A stretch of 64,000 bases of DNA from an uncultured bacterium. Lineage in GTDB: Bacteria; Babelota; Babeliae; Babelales; Vermiphilaceae. A model generated the notes under the pieces. The model had not been told where the DNA came from and did not search any database. It was given only the letters and a program-made list of their open reading frames with translations. The translations under genes were made by a program, and so were the position numbers. Below are positions 1 to 9,807 of the stretch, in pieces. The stretch is from the NCBI GenBank assembly GCA_963701085.1, contig OY969561.1, positions 864,001 through 928,000 of the forward strand. Direction: 5' to 3'. How positions within the stretch are numbered: position 1 is the stretch's first letter; every line of letters starts with the position of its first letter.

Positions 1-8
1 AGATATCT

Positions 9-437
9 ATGAAACACCTTCATTCTGCCGGAATCATTACCTACACAACAAACAATGATACAGCCCTCTACTTGCTCTTGCGTTACGGCGCTGGCCATTG
101 GGATTTACCCAAAGGTAAAATTGAAACAGGAGAAACAAAACAAGAAGCGGCATTACGAGAACTTATGGAAGAAACGGGACTCACCGCCCAGATTGATGAT
201 GACTTTGAGGAAACAATACACTACATTTTTACGGATTACGATAAAAAATTAGCACAAAAAACGGCTTATTTTTTTATTGGAAAAGCAACAACTACACAGG
301 TAAAACTGTCTCATGAACATACTGATTTTAAATGGTTACCATATAAAGATGCGCTTGAACAATTGACCTATGATAATGCAAAAACATTATTAAAAAAAGC
401 TCATAATCATATTATCAAGCATGAAATGAATTCTTAA
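9..437 (+). CDS. NUDIX hydrolase, Ap4A hydrolase-like
   Basis: Nudix box GKIETGETKQEAALRELMEETG; WDLPKG and LSHEH..W motifs typical of bis(5'-nucleosyl)-tetraphosphatases. Confidence 0.85.
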   Translation: MKHLHSAGIITYTTNNDTALYLLLRYGAGHWDLPKGKIETGETKQEAALRELMEETGLTAQIDDDFEETIHYIFTDYDKKLAQKTAYFFIGKATTTQVKLSHEHTDFKWLPYKDALEQLTYDNAKTLLKKAHNHIIKHEMNS

Positions 438-1332
438 TTTTTCCAAATGTTATTGTTTTTACTGGTGGATGGTCTTGAAGATAAGATCGATTGGTTAAAA
501 TAGAAACACCCGTTACCGGTATACCAACTCCCACCAAAAAAAGACCTGTATACGGAACAACAGATTGAGATGATGAAGGTATACCTAAAATATACAAATC
601 TATAAAAATCGCCGCGACAGCTATCAAACAACATCGCAATAATGCTTGTGGACTCGGCAAGCAAATAGAACAAAAACCTTGAGTTCCCCTCGCTAATGAT
701 CGTGCCAATAAATTGATTTTTTCTGAACGGGATAAATCAACAGAAATACATTGATCTTTTAACCCAGGAAAATTGTATATATCATTGGGGAGAGTCTTAT
801 TAATCACCAATAGACCATCGTTAGTAATCGTTTTTCCGCATGTTGCATCCGACATAACCTGCGCACAATCAGGCTGTATTCTCATGTGAGACGCTGGTGA
901 AAGTATGTGCTGATTATTCAAAAGAATAGGAAAACATTCGGCTTGCCTTGTTTTTTTATTACATATTTCAAGAATTTTACCAAGAGGCATAGCACAAAGG
1001 TGCTGTAAACATAATGCATCTTTTGTACATCCATCTGCATCCGTAAACATGCACACCTTAGAAAGAACTTCGTACTGCACATCATGAGCAGTCATTGCAA
1101 TAAAAATGAGAGGTTTTGCCTCTCCACATGATTCAAGAACTCTAAGACGAGCTTTTTTAGGTAATTTTTGAAATTCTTCTTTATTCTGCGTAAAAGTGCG
1201 CTCAAAAAAACTATCTAAATAATTATGAGCATCAATCTTTCCTTCTTTATCAGAAAAAGAAATGAGCATTGCACACACATTGCTTGTTATAAAAAAAATA
1301 GAAATGATTAAAAAAAGACTATTTTTATTCAT
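415..1332 (-). CDS. Hypothetical secreted/membrane protein
   Basis: 305-aa ORF, N-terminal signal peptide ending VCAM, two C-terminal hydrophobic segments. Confidence 0.65.
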   Translation of the reverse strand: MNKNSLFLIISIFFITSNVCAMLISFSDKEGKIDAHNYLDSFFERTFTQNKEEFQKLPKKARLRVLESCGEAKPLIFIAMTAHDVQYEVLSKVCMFTDADGCTKDALCLQHLCAMPLGKILEICNKKTRQAECFPILLNNQHILSPASHMRIQPDCAQVMSDATCGKTITNDGLLVINKTLPNDIYNFPGLKDQCISVDLSRSEKINLLARSLARGTQGFCSICLPSPQALLRCCLIAVAAIFIDLYILGIPSSSQSVVPYTGLFLVGVGIPVTGVSILTNRSYLQDHPPVKTITFGKIKNSFHA

Positions 1333-1438
1333 GAGGGTTTTTTACATACACGTTAGAATTAATGTAGTTCTTTAAATTACCAATAATTAAACCTCATGCG
1401 ATAACGTTTGTCAAAAGAAAAAAAATAAGAAGACCGTA

Positions 1439-1680
1439 TAAGAACTTATCCCTAATTAAAATCCTCCCCGCGCTCGTTTAACCCCATCTTCATTCTTTCG
1501 ATGGGGACCCCGATTGGAACGAAGTGGAAATTGGGGGATAAAGGATATCCTTGAGCGCTCGAAGAAAACCCTTCAACCCGCCTTCGCCAAGGCTTCTGCG
1601 GGCAGGCGGGTGTTTACTCCTGAGCTTGCCGAAGGGTCAGGGCGAGCGCAGGAAAAAATTAGTTGAGGGATAGGTTCTAA
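1439..1680. repeat. Composite palindromic element (MITE/REP-like) with nested sub-elements
   Basis: Outer inverted repeats aagaacttatccct / agggataggttcta; core gcgctcg...cgagcgc; ~1571-1650 is the exact reverse complement of ~7204-7283; similar flank at 45749-45790. Confidence 0.75.
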
Positions 1681-1733
1681 GAAAACAATTAATACACAAA
1701 AAAACCCACATCTTACAATGCAGGTTTACAATT

Positions 1734-1810
<77 letters not shown>

Positions 1811-2142
1811 ACATATTTTTTATATCTCTTTTTATAACGTAATAATAAGAAAAGTTATTATAACTATACGGCCTGTTTCTATATTTGTCAAATAAAAGAG
1901 TCACTATTTTTCCCATTTTTTCACACCTAACAACGTTTTTTAGGGTAATAACCAACAAACAACCACTGCATCTCTCCCAGACTTCTCCCAAGCAATGCTC
2001 TCAATCGCTCTTTTCAGATTAAACTACTTCAGATTGAAATAGTTATTTTACAAAATCATTGATTTTTCTTCTGTTTTTTATTTAAAATTAAACTAGTAGT
2101 AAAAAAGATCGTTTCAATCTCAATATTTTTTAAGGAAACGTT

Positions 2143-2877
2143 ATGAATAATCGTTTAAACAAAGCTCTTGCTGTTCTGGCAATACTGATAACAACCGCTC
2201 AGGTGCAGGCATATAGTTATATATTCTCTAATCATACCAACAAAAAAATTGGTGTGGGTATGAGATTTTATGGTCTTGGTGAACCACGCTATTTTAGATG
2301 GATCCCAGCGCACCAAGCACGTCAATTTACACCAGGTCAACCTACTAGAACATCAACAGAACGTGAAATAGAATATAGAAAAATAGGATTTGTTGCCAAA
2401 ACATGGTGGTACGTAACAAACCCAACGCCATCACAAAAACGGAATTCAAAAGCTCTCCCATGGCGTGAATTCCAAATAACATGGTTACCAACAGAAGCTC
2501 ACGAACTTGCTATAAATCTTTGCGAAGCCGTAGGCGCCGCAACAGTAGAAGCTGCAAAAATAGCTCTTGATGCAGCTATTGCTCTTAGCACAGAAGGAGC
2601 ATCCGTACCAGTACAAGCGGCTATTAAAGCAGCTCAAGAAGGTGTCAGTACCCTCAAAAAGAGTCCTGCAGCAGGAGCCCCTACTACCCGTGCATATACT
2701 AAAAACGCAGAACCAAAAACAGCCGTTCTTAAAACAATTCAAAACGGCATAGTTTCTGACGCTCTTTCTCAATTAATGTCTGCTGTTGGAAAATCAGCTG
2801 CTCGTTCAATGATGACAGATCGTCATATAGATATCATTGAAGACAAGGGACAAATCAAATTTATATCTCAGTTATAA
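2143..2877 (+). CDS. Hypothetical secreted protein (paralog of 2901..3401)
   Basis: Signal peptide ending VQA; shares F.N.T..IG, FTPG, W.E..ITW and RH.DII motifs with the next ORF. Confidence 0.7.
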   Translation: MNNRLNKALAVLAILITTAQVQAYSYIFSNHTNKKIGVGMRFYGLGEPRYFRWIPAHQARQFTPGQPTRTSTEREIEYRKIGFVAKTWWYVTNPTPSQKRNSKALPWREFQITWLPTEAHELAINLCEAVGAATVEAAKIALDAAIALSTEGASVPVQAAIKAAQEGVSTLKKSPAAGAPTTRAYTKNAEPKTAVLKTIQNGIVSDALSQLMSAVGKSAARSMMTDRHIDIIEDKGQIKFISQL

Positions 2878-2900
2878 TCAACAGGCAATAAAGGACTACC

Positions 2901-3401
2901 ATGAAAAAAACTATCCTATTCCTTACCATATGCTCCATTACTGCACTGCTCAATGCATATGAAAATAACTTTTTTAACAATACCGATGAACCAATCGGCA
3001 TTGCCATACAATACACTGGCAATGATACCAATGAGCCGCTCTATAAACAACTTGTAAAACCAAAATCCATGAACCACTTTACGCCTGGCAATGCAGGGGT
3101 ACCTGAGATAAAATATGGCTTTTGCCTGGACAAGATTTATTACATAGAAAATCCTACCCCAGAACAAAAAGCTCATAATTTTGAAAAAGCTGTTTGGAAA
3201 GAAACCCCTATAACCTGGGTTGAGGCAAAAAGCGCAACAAAAAAACCTACCAAGGCTACAACGGGCAAGAAAAGTCACGTAAACCTTGTGGTACAGAAAG
3301 CGGTGCCTGCTGCAGCTAAATCACTGTGCAGAGCTCGTCACTTTGATATCATACGCGATGAACATGGCAAAATAATTATTACATCATCATTGCGCGATTA
3401 A
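2901..3401 (+). CDS. Hypothetical secreted protein (paralog of 2143..2877)
   Basis: Signal peptide ending LNA, RBS aagga, shared motifs with upstream ORF. Confidence 0.7.
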   Translation: MKKTILFLTICSITALLNAYENNFFNNTDEPIGIAIQYTGNDTNEPLYKQLVKPKSMNHFTPGNAGVPEIKYGFCLDKIYYIENPTPEQKAHNFEKAVWKETPITWVEAKSATKKPTKATTGKKSHVNLVVQKAVPAAAKSLCRARHFDIIRDEHGKIIITSSLRD

Positions 3402-4768
3402 TAGTACATTTTTTGCAGTAGACCATGTGTATCAATAAACAGTGATTGTGCATAGGAAACATAGACTATGTCCCGCTGCCATTGTAGTGCTTTGAATCGC
3501 GCAAGTAATATCAAAAGTTTTTGCACATATAATGACCAAACGCTGCCCACAAAAAGTGAATCATTTACCACGGCAATAATGGGTTCATTTCTGTGTATAT
3601 CATCAGGCAATTCATTAAAAAAAAGCTCTGAACAAATATAAGGAATAAATGAATCCTGTTCCAACAGGGAAAGTTTTATGCGCTCACATGCTGATATAGT
3701 AATTAGTGGACCATGATTAAAATACATTTTCAACAACATAGGATGGTTGCCCCATGAGGGTAACCGTTCTGAAAGAAGCATTGCATGTCTTTTGTCATAG
3801 CACGTTTGCAACGTACCGTTATATACCCAATGCAATGAATTATAATAATCACCACCTCGCCAACGTGACGCTCCAAAAATAATATGCACCGCCTTTCCTA
3901 AACAATACTCATTCCATAATTGTAGTAATTCAGGCAACTCTACAAAATTACTCACGTTGAATGCCGATTCGGGCATGATAACAATTTCCGTTTCCGGACA
4001 CTGCGCAATAATTTTTTTTAATTGATTACCAACAATTTTTATCATCACTATCGGATTATTCATGGTCGAGCATGCCATATACGGCAAACTTTTTACTTTT
4101 GTGTGCCAATGCACCATCTGCATTTCTGATTCTCCTCCACACCAAAAAAGTAGCCATGAAGCAACGGTGCTGCAAAAAAATAGTGCTGTACCATAACTTT
4201 TATGCCACAACAACAATACACAGCTAACAGAGACAAGTAAAAAAAGGACGGTTAGCACCTGCTTACCAACAATTGGCAACAAACATAAAAGTGCCGGCTT
4301 TTGTGCTAATGGAATCAGTGGATGCATTAATGGATACCCTTCTTTGATACCAAAAATCCACATACTGTACCAATCAGTCCAAATGATAAAAAACCATAGA
4401 GCAATGGCCCACATAAATACGCGTGCTATTGGTGATTTAACTGAAAGAATATGAACTGTGTGTGCTACGCACCACAATAAAAATGCGGGAAATAACGCCT
4501 GATACAAAACCATTGCAATGCCAAGCGCAACACCAATTGGCCAGGCATCATGAGCCATATGTACAATAACATACATACCTCCACTCAAGTGAAGTGCAAA
4601 CGTAATACAACCCCATACGTAGCCATGGATAAATGAAATGTTATGTGTACATGTTGTATATAATAAAGGAATAGGAAATACAAAAATCAACCACCAGAGA
4701 TGATCACTCAATAAAAAAGGGAGTGCGTATAAAGTGGCGGATAAAACTAATAATAACAAACCCCTCAT
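3398..4768 (-). CDS. lnt: Apolipoprotein N-acyltransferase-like
   Basis: Multi-TM N-terminal half, then nitrilase-fold triad motifs MPESA (E), YDKRH (K), ICSE (C). Confidence 0.75.
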   Translation of the reverse strand: MRGLLLLVLSATLYALPFLLSDHLWWLIFVFPIPLLYTTCTHNISFIHGYVWGCITFALHLSGGMYVIVHMAHDAWPIGVALGIAMVLYQALFPAFLLWCVAHTVHILSVKSPIARVFMWAIALWFFIIWTDWYSMWIFGIKEGYPLMHPLIPLAQKPALLCLLPIVGKQVLTVLFLLVSVSCVLLLWHKSYGTALFFCSTVASWLLFWCGGESEMQMVHWHTKVKSLPYMACSTMNNPIVMIKIVGNQLKKIIAQCPETEIVIMPESAFNVSNFVELPELLQLWNEYCLGKAVHIIFGASRWRGGDYYNSLHWVYNGTLQTCYDKRHAMLLSERLPSWGNHPMLLKMYFNHGPLITISACERIKLSLLEQDSFIPYICSELFFNELPDDIHRNEPIIAVVNDSLFVGSVWSLYVQKLLILLARFKALQWQRDIVYVSYAQSLFIDTHGLLQKMYY

Positions 4769-4779
4769 AATCGCATGCT

Positions 4780-5121
4780 TTATTTGATTATGAGTTCAAT
4801 TCTTTTGAATATTTCTACCACTTCTGTTTTCTGATCATTATCATGTATTACTGCTTGAACAAAAGGTATCGCTTGCTGAGCAAAAACAATGGCTTTACCC
4901 TTTTCTTTATTTATATGGGTCATTTGCTCTTCTGGAGTCTTGTAACGATGTCGTAGAGAGCCATACTCCATACACGCAATAATTGCCTCAGCCTTACCAA
5001 CTAACCCCTTTGCCTGTGATAGATTTTTTAAAGATTGGGTCGTACCATCATTGTGCATTGAATACATAGTACCAGAAAGAGAGATACCTACTAACAGTAA
5101 TGATAATGGAATCAATTTCAT
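4780..5121 (-). CDS. Hypothetical small secreted protein
   Basis: 113 aa, signal peptide, RBS aagga. Confidence 0.6.
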   Translation of the reverse strand: MKLIPLSLLLVGISLSGTMYSMHNDGTTQSLKNLSQAKGLVGKAEAIIACMEYGSLRHRYKTPEEQMTHINKEKGKAIVFAQQAIPFVQAVIHDNDQKTEVVEIFKRIELIIK

Positions 5122-5197
5122 ACCATTCCTTATTTAAACTATAAACCAAAAAAACGGGTAGGAAGAGATCATCCTCTTTACCCGTTTTCCATATTTT

Positions 5198-7066
5198 TTA
5201 GGCAACTACCGTGAGCAAATCATGCGCCACAACCTTTTGCCCATCTGGATTGATAATCTTTATTTTCTTTGAGCCAAGTGAAGCATGTTCTGTTGAGACT
5301 ATAACTTTAATTGTTGTTGGATCAATGTAGTTAACTTGTTTAACCGTAACGCCTCCGGATATTTTAACCCGTAATCGACAATCAAAATCTTTCCCTGGAT
5401 CAAAAAAACCAGAACCATCATGAGAGTGTCCATGAATAATAAGTCTCACTGAAGATTTTCCTTGATGAATTTCATGTGGCGTAACTGAAACTGGTTTGAC
5501 AGGAGCTGGTGCACGCAGCTGAGCAACTTGCACTCCCCATTGATCAGTATCAACAGCATATTCTTGAATAGTCCATATCGTCATATCATCACATGGATCT
5601 ACACTGGTATATGAAAAATCACCCCAACGCAACACATCAGTTGGTTGTTGAAAGTTGTATACTGTATTACTATTGGTGTATATTATCGGTTTTTGTAATG
5701 TTCCAGCACGATCATGCTTAAAGCGTCGGGCAATTGCGCAATTAACAAATCTATTTTCTCCCGCCGTACTGCATCCAAGAGACATAGTACCTTGCCCTGA
5801 TGTCATAAGAGATGGCGTCCAAAAATAACGTGCATCAGTTCCATTTTTTTTAGTTTTATCAAACAAAGTACCATGTTGTATTAATGTCGGTTGCTCATGT
5901 TTAACATTAATTTCATACCATCGTGAACCATCACGTGTTACTGGTGTTGTTACACAACATTTGCCCTTGTTATTCACACCAACATGATGCGCTGTCCATA
6001 AATGCCCGTCTCTAATATGAGCCATCAAAAGACGAATACCAGTAGAGGCATCAAGATTTTTACTACCACCACGATGAGGAACGGAAAGTGGCTGACATGG
6101 CACAGGTATTTCTACTAAAATAGGATCTGATAATGTTGGGGATTCACTTCCCGGATTAAACACCCGATACAATACCAAATGATTCGATGTAAAACTATCT
6201 ATTCCTACCAAATAACCAACTGAGGCATCCTCATCAAGATTATCCACTCCTTGAAGAACAAATGAAAATGGCGAAACAGATTCAGAATTAATCAAAAAAT
6301 CAAATTTAGTAAAAATCAGTGATTCTCCTTCAAATGTTGAGTTCTTATTAACAACATAAATAGGTTGGTTTAATGGCAATGACGTTAAATCAGCGACAAA
6401 CAATAATCCACCAATATAAAGTGCCTGATTATCTAGACCTAGTGTTGGATAATCCAAAAAAAATCCATCACCAGCTTCAATAAAAGAAAAAGTCCACGTG
6501 GTAAAAAAAGTAATTTCTTTATTATCACTTACCGCAATCATGATACGATTATTACCACCCTCACCTGATTCTATATCTAATCCCGTAGACATAATAATAA
6601 ACCAACGTTCTGAAAAACGATCATACCGTATGCGTATATCCGATGTTGGCCTTCCGTCTCTTTCTTGCACAAAAAAATCATCTGTTGTTGCATCAAGTAT
6701 TAAATCTGCAATACCCGTTTGTTTATCAAAGGAACGAATACGCCCATTAATTGCAACAACAAACTGCGTAGGTCCTACTGCCCCCATACTGTCTGGTACA
6801 GCACTGCCACTAACAACTGCATAATCTACTTGTTCTATTCGCGCACCAAGGAAATTCAAACCAATTTCATCATGATGATTAGAGCCTTTTGTTAAAGTCT
6901 CATCACAAAATAGTTCTCTCTTTTTTGCAGCAGCCATTATTTCTGCTGTTGTACGCGTACCAGTCTTGATACCAGTTCTTCTAATCCCAGAATGCCCCTC
7001 AGCACAAAGTTCTTGCGTACCCATAACTACACTCACGGTAGTTATTAAACAAAACAATTTTTTCAT
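5198..7066 (-). CDS. Secreted beta-rich protein, tandem paralog A
   Basis: Signal peptide; PDSMGAVGPTQF, DYP.LG, RWGD motifs; C-terminal Ig/IPT-like segment; highly similar to 7403..9301. Confidence 0.75.
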   Translation of the reverse strand: MKKLFCLITTVSVVMGTQELCAEGHSGIRRTGIKTGTRTTAEIMAAAKKRELFCDETLTKGSNHHDEIGLNFLGARIEQVDYAVVSGSAVPDSMGAVGPTQFVVAINGRIRSFDKQTGIADLILDATTDDFFVQERDGRPTSDIRIRYDRFSERWFIIMSTGLDIESGEGGNNRIMIAVSDNKEITFFTTWTFSFIEAGDGFFLDYPTLGLDNQALYIGGLLFVADLTSLPLNQPIYVVNKNSTFEGESLIFTKFDFLINSESVSPFSFVLQGVDNLDEDASVGYLVGIDSFTSNHLVLYRVFNPGSESPTLSDPILVEIPVPCQPLSVPHRGGSKNLDASTGIRLLMAHIRDGHLWTAHHVGVNNKGKCCVTTPVTRDGSRWYEINVKHEQPTLIQHGTLFDKTKKNGTDARYFWTPSLMTSGQGTMSLGCSTAGENRFVNCAIARRFKHDRAGTLQKPIIYTNSNTVYNFQQPTDVLRWGDFSYTSVDPCDDMTIWTIQEYAVDTDQWGVQVAQLRAPAPVKPVSVTPHEIHQGKSSVRLIIHGHSHDGSGFFDPGKDFDCRLRVKISGGVTVKQVNYIDPTTIKVIVSTEHASLGSKKIKIINPDGQKVVAHDLLTVVA

Positions 7067-7202
7067 TACCCAATACTCCTCTTAAAAATCATTCTTTATA
7101 ACTTGTTCAAAAACATAACAAAACATTTTTTCCATAGGCAATAATAAGTTCTTAGATATAACATAAGTCGTTAGAGTCGCCCGATGTAATTTTTTTGTTT
7201 TT

Positions 7203-7333
7203 CGCGCTCGCCCTGACCCTTCGGCAAGCTCAGGAGTAAACACCCGCCTGCCCGCAGAAGCCTTGGCGAAGGCGGGTTGAAGGATATCCTCGAGCGCTCG
7301 AAGAAACCCTTCAACAAGTTCAGGACGAGCGCG
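7203..7333. repeat. Composite palindromic element
   Basis: cgcgctcgccctga[nested insert]ttgaaggatatcctcgagcgctcgaagaaacccttcaacaagttcaggacgagcgcg. Confidence 0.8.
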
Positions 7334-7402
7334 AGAAAAGATATAAATTGGGCAAGGCTAATATTTTCTGCTATATATTATTTTGATGGTTTTCCATATT
7401 TT

Positions 7403-9301
7403 TTAGGCAACTACCGTGAGTAAGCCATGCGCCACAACCTTTTGCCCATCTGGATTGATAATTTTTATTTTCTTTGAGCCAAGTGAAGCATGTTCTGTTG
7501 AAACTATAACTTTAATTGTTGTTGGATCAATGTAGTTAACTTGTTTAACCGTAACGCCTCCCGATATTTTAACCCGTAATCGACAATCAAAATCTTTCCC
7601 TGGATCAAAAAATCCAGAACCATCGTGAGAGTGTCCATGAATAATCAGTCTCACTGAAGATTTTCCTTGATGAATAGTATGCGGTTTAACCTCTACTGGT
7701 TCGACAGGGGCTGGTGCACGCAACTGAGCAACTTGCACCCCCCACTGATCAGTATCAACAGCATACTCTTGAATAGTCCATATCGTCATATCATCACATG
7801 GATCTACACTGGTATAAGAATAATCACCCCAACGCAATGGATTGCTTGGATCTTGTGCAGGATTATATGTTGTCTTACTATTTGTGTAGAATATCGGTTT
7901 TTGTAAAGTTCCTTTAGGATCATGCTTAAAGCGACGTGCAATTGCGCAATTAACAAATTTATGTTCTCCCGCAGTACTACAACCAAGAGCCATAGCACCT
8001 TGTCCTGATGTCATGAGCGATGGCCGCCAATACGAGCGTGCATCTGCTCCATTTTTTTTCGATGGATCAAACAATGTACCATATTGCATTAATGAAGGTT
8101 GATCATGTTTGATATTAATTTCATACCACCGTGACCCATCACGCGTTGGTTGTTTTTTTGAAGAACATTTACCTTTATTATTAACGCCAACAGTATGCGC
8201 AGTCCACAAATGCCCATCTCTTATATGTGCCATAAGAAGTCGTGCATCACCCCCCGTAATATTCCTATTTACACCACGCTGAGAAACTGAAAGTGGCAAA
8301 CATATTTCAGGCACTTCTACTAAAATAGGATCAGATAAAGCTGGGGATTCACCACCCGGATTATATACCCGATGCAATACCAAATGATTTGAACTAAAAC
8401 TATCTACCCCTATAAAATAGCCAACCGTAGCATCCTCATCAAAATTATCCACTCCTTGAGGAATAAAAGAGTCTGATGGAACTGTAGGATTAATAGGAAA
8501 TGAAAACTCAGTAAAAATAATCTCTCCTTCCTCTAGCGCCTTCTTGTTAATAACATAAACAGGTTGATTTGCCAGAGGTGAATCAAATTCAGCTAAGATT
8601 GTCACTCCGCCAACATAAAGTGCTTGAGTATCTATACCCAGTGCTGGATAATCGAAGAACAATCCTTCGCCGACTGCAATAGAAAAAAAATCCCATGAGG
8701 TAAAATAAGTAATCTCTTTACTATCACTTACCGCAATCATAATACGATTATTACTACCATTAGATCCTGCTCTAGCATGAGAGACTTCACCTTCCATGTC
8801 AGGTTCTACATCTCCTATCGTAATCATAACAATAAACCAACGTTCTGAAAAACGATCATAACGTATCCGTGGATCACTCGTAATAATTCCATTGCTTACA
8901 TTCGCAAAAAAATCATCTGTCATTGCATCAAGTATTAAATCCGGACTGCCCGTTTGTTTATCAAAGGAACGAATACGTCCATTTATTGCAACAATAAATT
9001 GCGTAGGCCCTACTGCTCCCATGCTATCTGGCGGAATTCTACCACTGGCAAATGAATAATCCGTTTGTTCTATTCGTGCACCAAGAAAATTTAAACCAAT
9101 TTCATCATGTTTATGAGAACCTTTTGTTAAAGTCTCATCATGAAAGAGTTCTCTCTTTTTTGCAGCAGCCATTATTTCTTGTGTTGTACGTGTCCCAGTT
9201 TTAATACCAGTTCTTCTTATCCCAGAATGCCCCTCAGCACAAAGCTCTTGCGCACCTACAACCACACTCATGGTAGTTATTAAACAAAACAATTTTTTCA
9301 T
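7403..9301 (-). CDS. Secreted beta-rich protein, tandem paralog B
   Basis: Same motifs as 5198..7066; near-identical upstream RBS region and near-identical last ~100 codons. Confidence 0.75.
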   Translation of the reverse strand: MKKLFCLITTMSVVVGAQELCAEGHSGIRRTGIKTGTRTTQEIMAAAKKRELFHDETLTKGSHKHDEIGLNFLGARIEQTDYSFASGRIPPDSMGAVGPTQFIVAINGRIRSFDKQTGSPDLILDAMTDDFFANVSNGIITSDPRIRYDRFSERWFIVMITIGDVEPDMEGEVSHARAGSNGSNNRIMIAVSDSKEITYFTSWDFFSIAVGEGLFFDYPALGIDTQALYVGGVTILAEFDSPLANQPVYVINKKALEEGEIIFTEFSFPINPTVPSDSFIPQGVDNFDEDATVGYFIGVDSFSSNHLVLHRVYNPGGESPALSDPILVEVPEICLPLSVSQRGVNRNITGGDARLLMAHIRDGHLWTAHTVGVNNKGKCSSKKQPTRDGSRWYEINIKHDQPSLMQYGTLFDPSKKNGADARSYWRPSLMTSGQGAMALGCSTAGEHKFVNCAIARRFKHDPKGTLQKPIFYTNSKTTYNPAQDPSNPLRWGDYSYTSVDPCDDMTIWTIQEYAVDTDQWGVQVAQLRAPAPVEPVEVKPHTIHQGKSSVRLIIHGHSHDGSGFFDPGKDFDCRLRVKISGGVTVKQVNYIDPTTIKVIVSTEHASLGSKKIKIINPDGQKVVAHGLLTVVA

Positions 9302-9402
9302 TACCCAATACTCCTCTTAAAAATCATTTTTTATAACTTGTTCAAAACATAAAAAAATAGTTTTTACATAGTCAACAATGGGCTCTTAAACTCAATAATT
9401 TT

Positions 9403-9807
9403 TCATCCATTGAGTGTTAGTTGGGCAGACTGCTCAACAACAACAAATGCAGTTGCCAAAGTGCGCGAATGGGATAAAGAAAGATGGATAGCTAAAGAAC
9501 TGGTATCATTACCAATACCATCACGAATAATAATCTGTGGTCGTCCATGTAGTTTTGTAATAACCGTATGTGCGCACAAAGTTAAGAAAGGAATTTTTTT
9601 ATCAGGAAATGCACTAAAAAAAACTTTATACAACGCTTCTCGTGCAGCAAATCGCACCGCAAAACGCTCAGCACTTTTATTGTTACTGCTTAAACAATAG
9701 TCAATCTCTTCTTGCGAAAAAATACGCGATAATTTTTTCCTTGAATACGTGTGCCACAACGCAAATCTATCTATCTCAACCGTATCAACACCAATACCTA
9801 CAATCAT
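9403..9807 (-). CDS. acpS: Holo-[acyl-carrier-protein] synthase
   Basis: GIGVD, RFAAREA..K, HLSLSH motifs. Confidence 0.9.
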   Translation of the reverse strand: MIVGIGVDTVEIDRFALWHTYSRKKLSRIFSQEEIDYCLSSNNKSAERFAVRFAAREALYKVFFSAFPDKKIPFLTLCAHTVITKLHGRPQIIIRDGIGNDTSSLAIHLSLSHSRTLATAFVVVEQSAQLTLNG

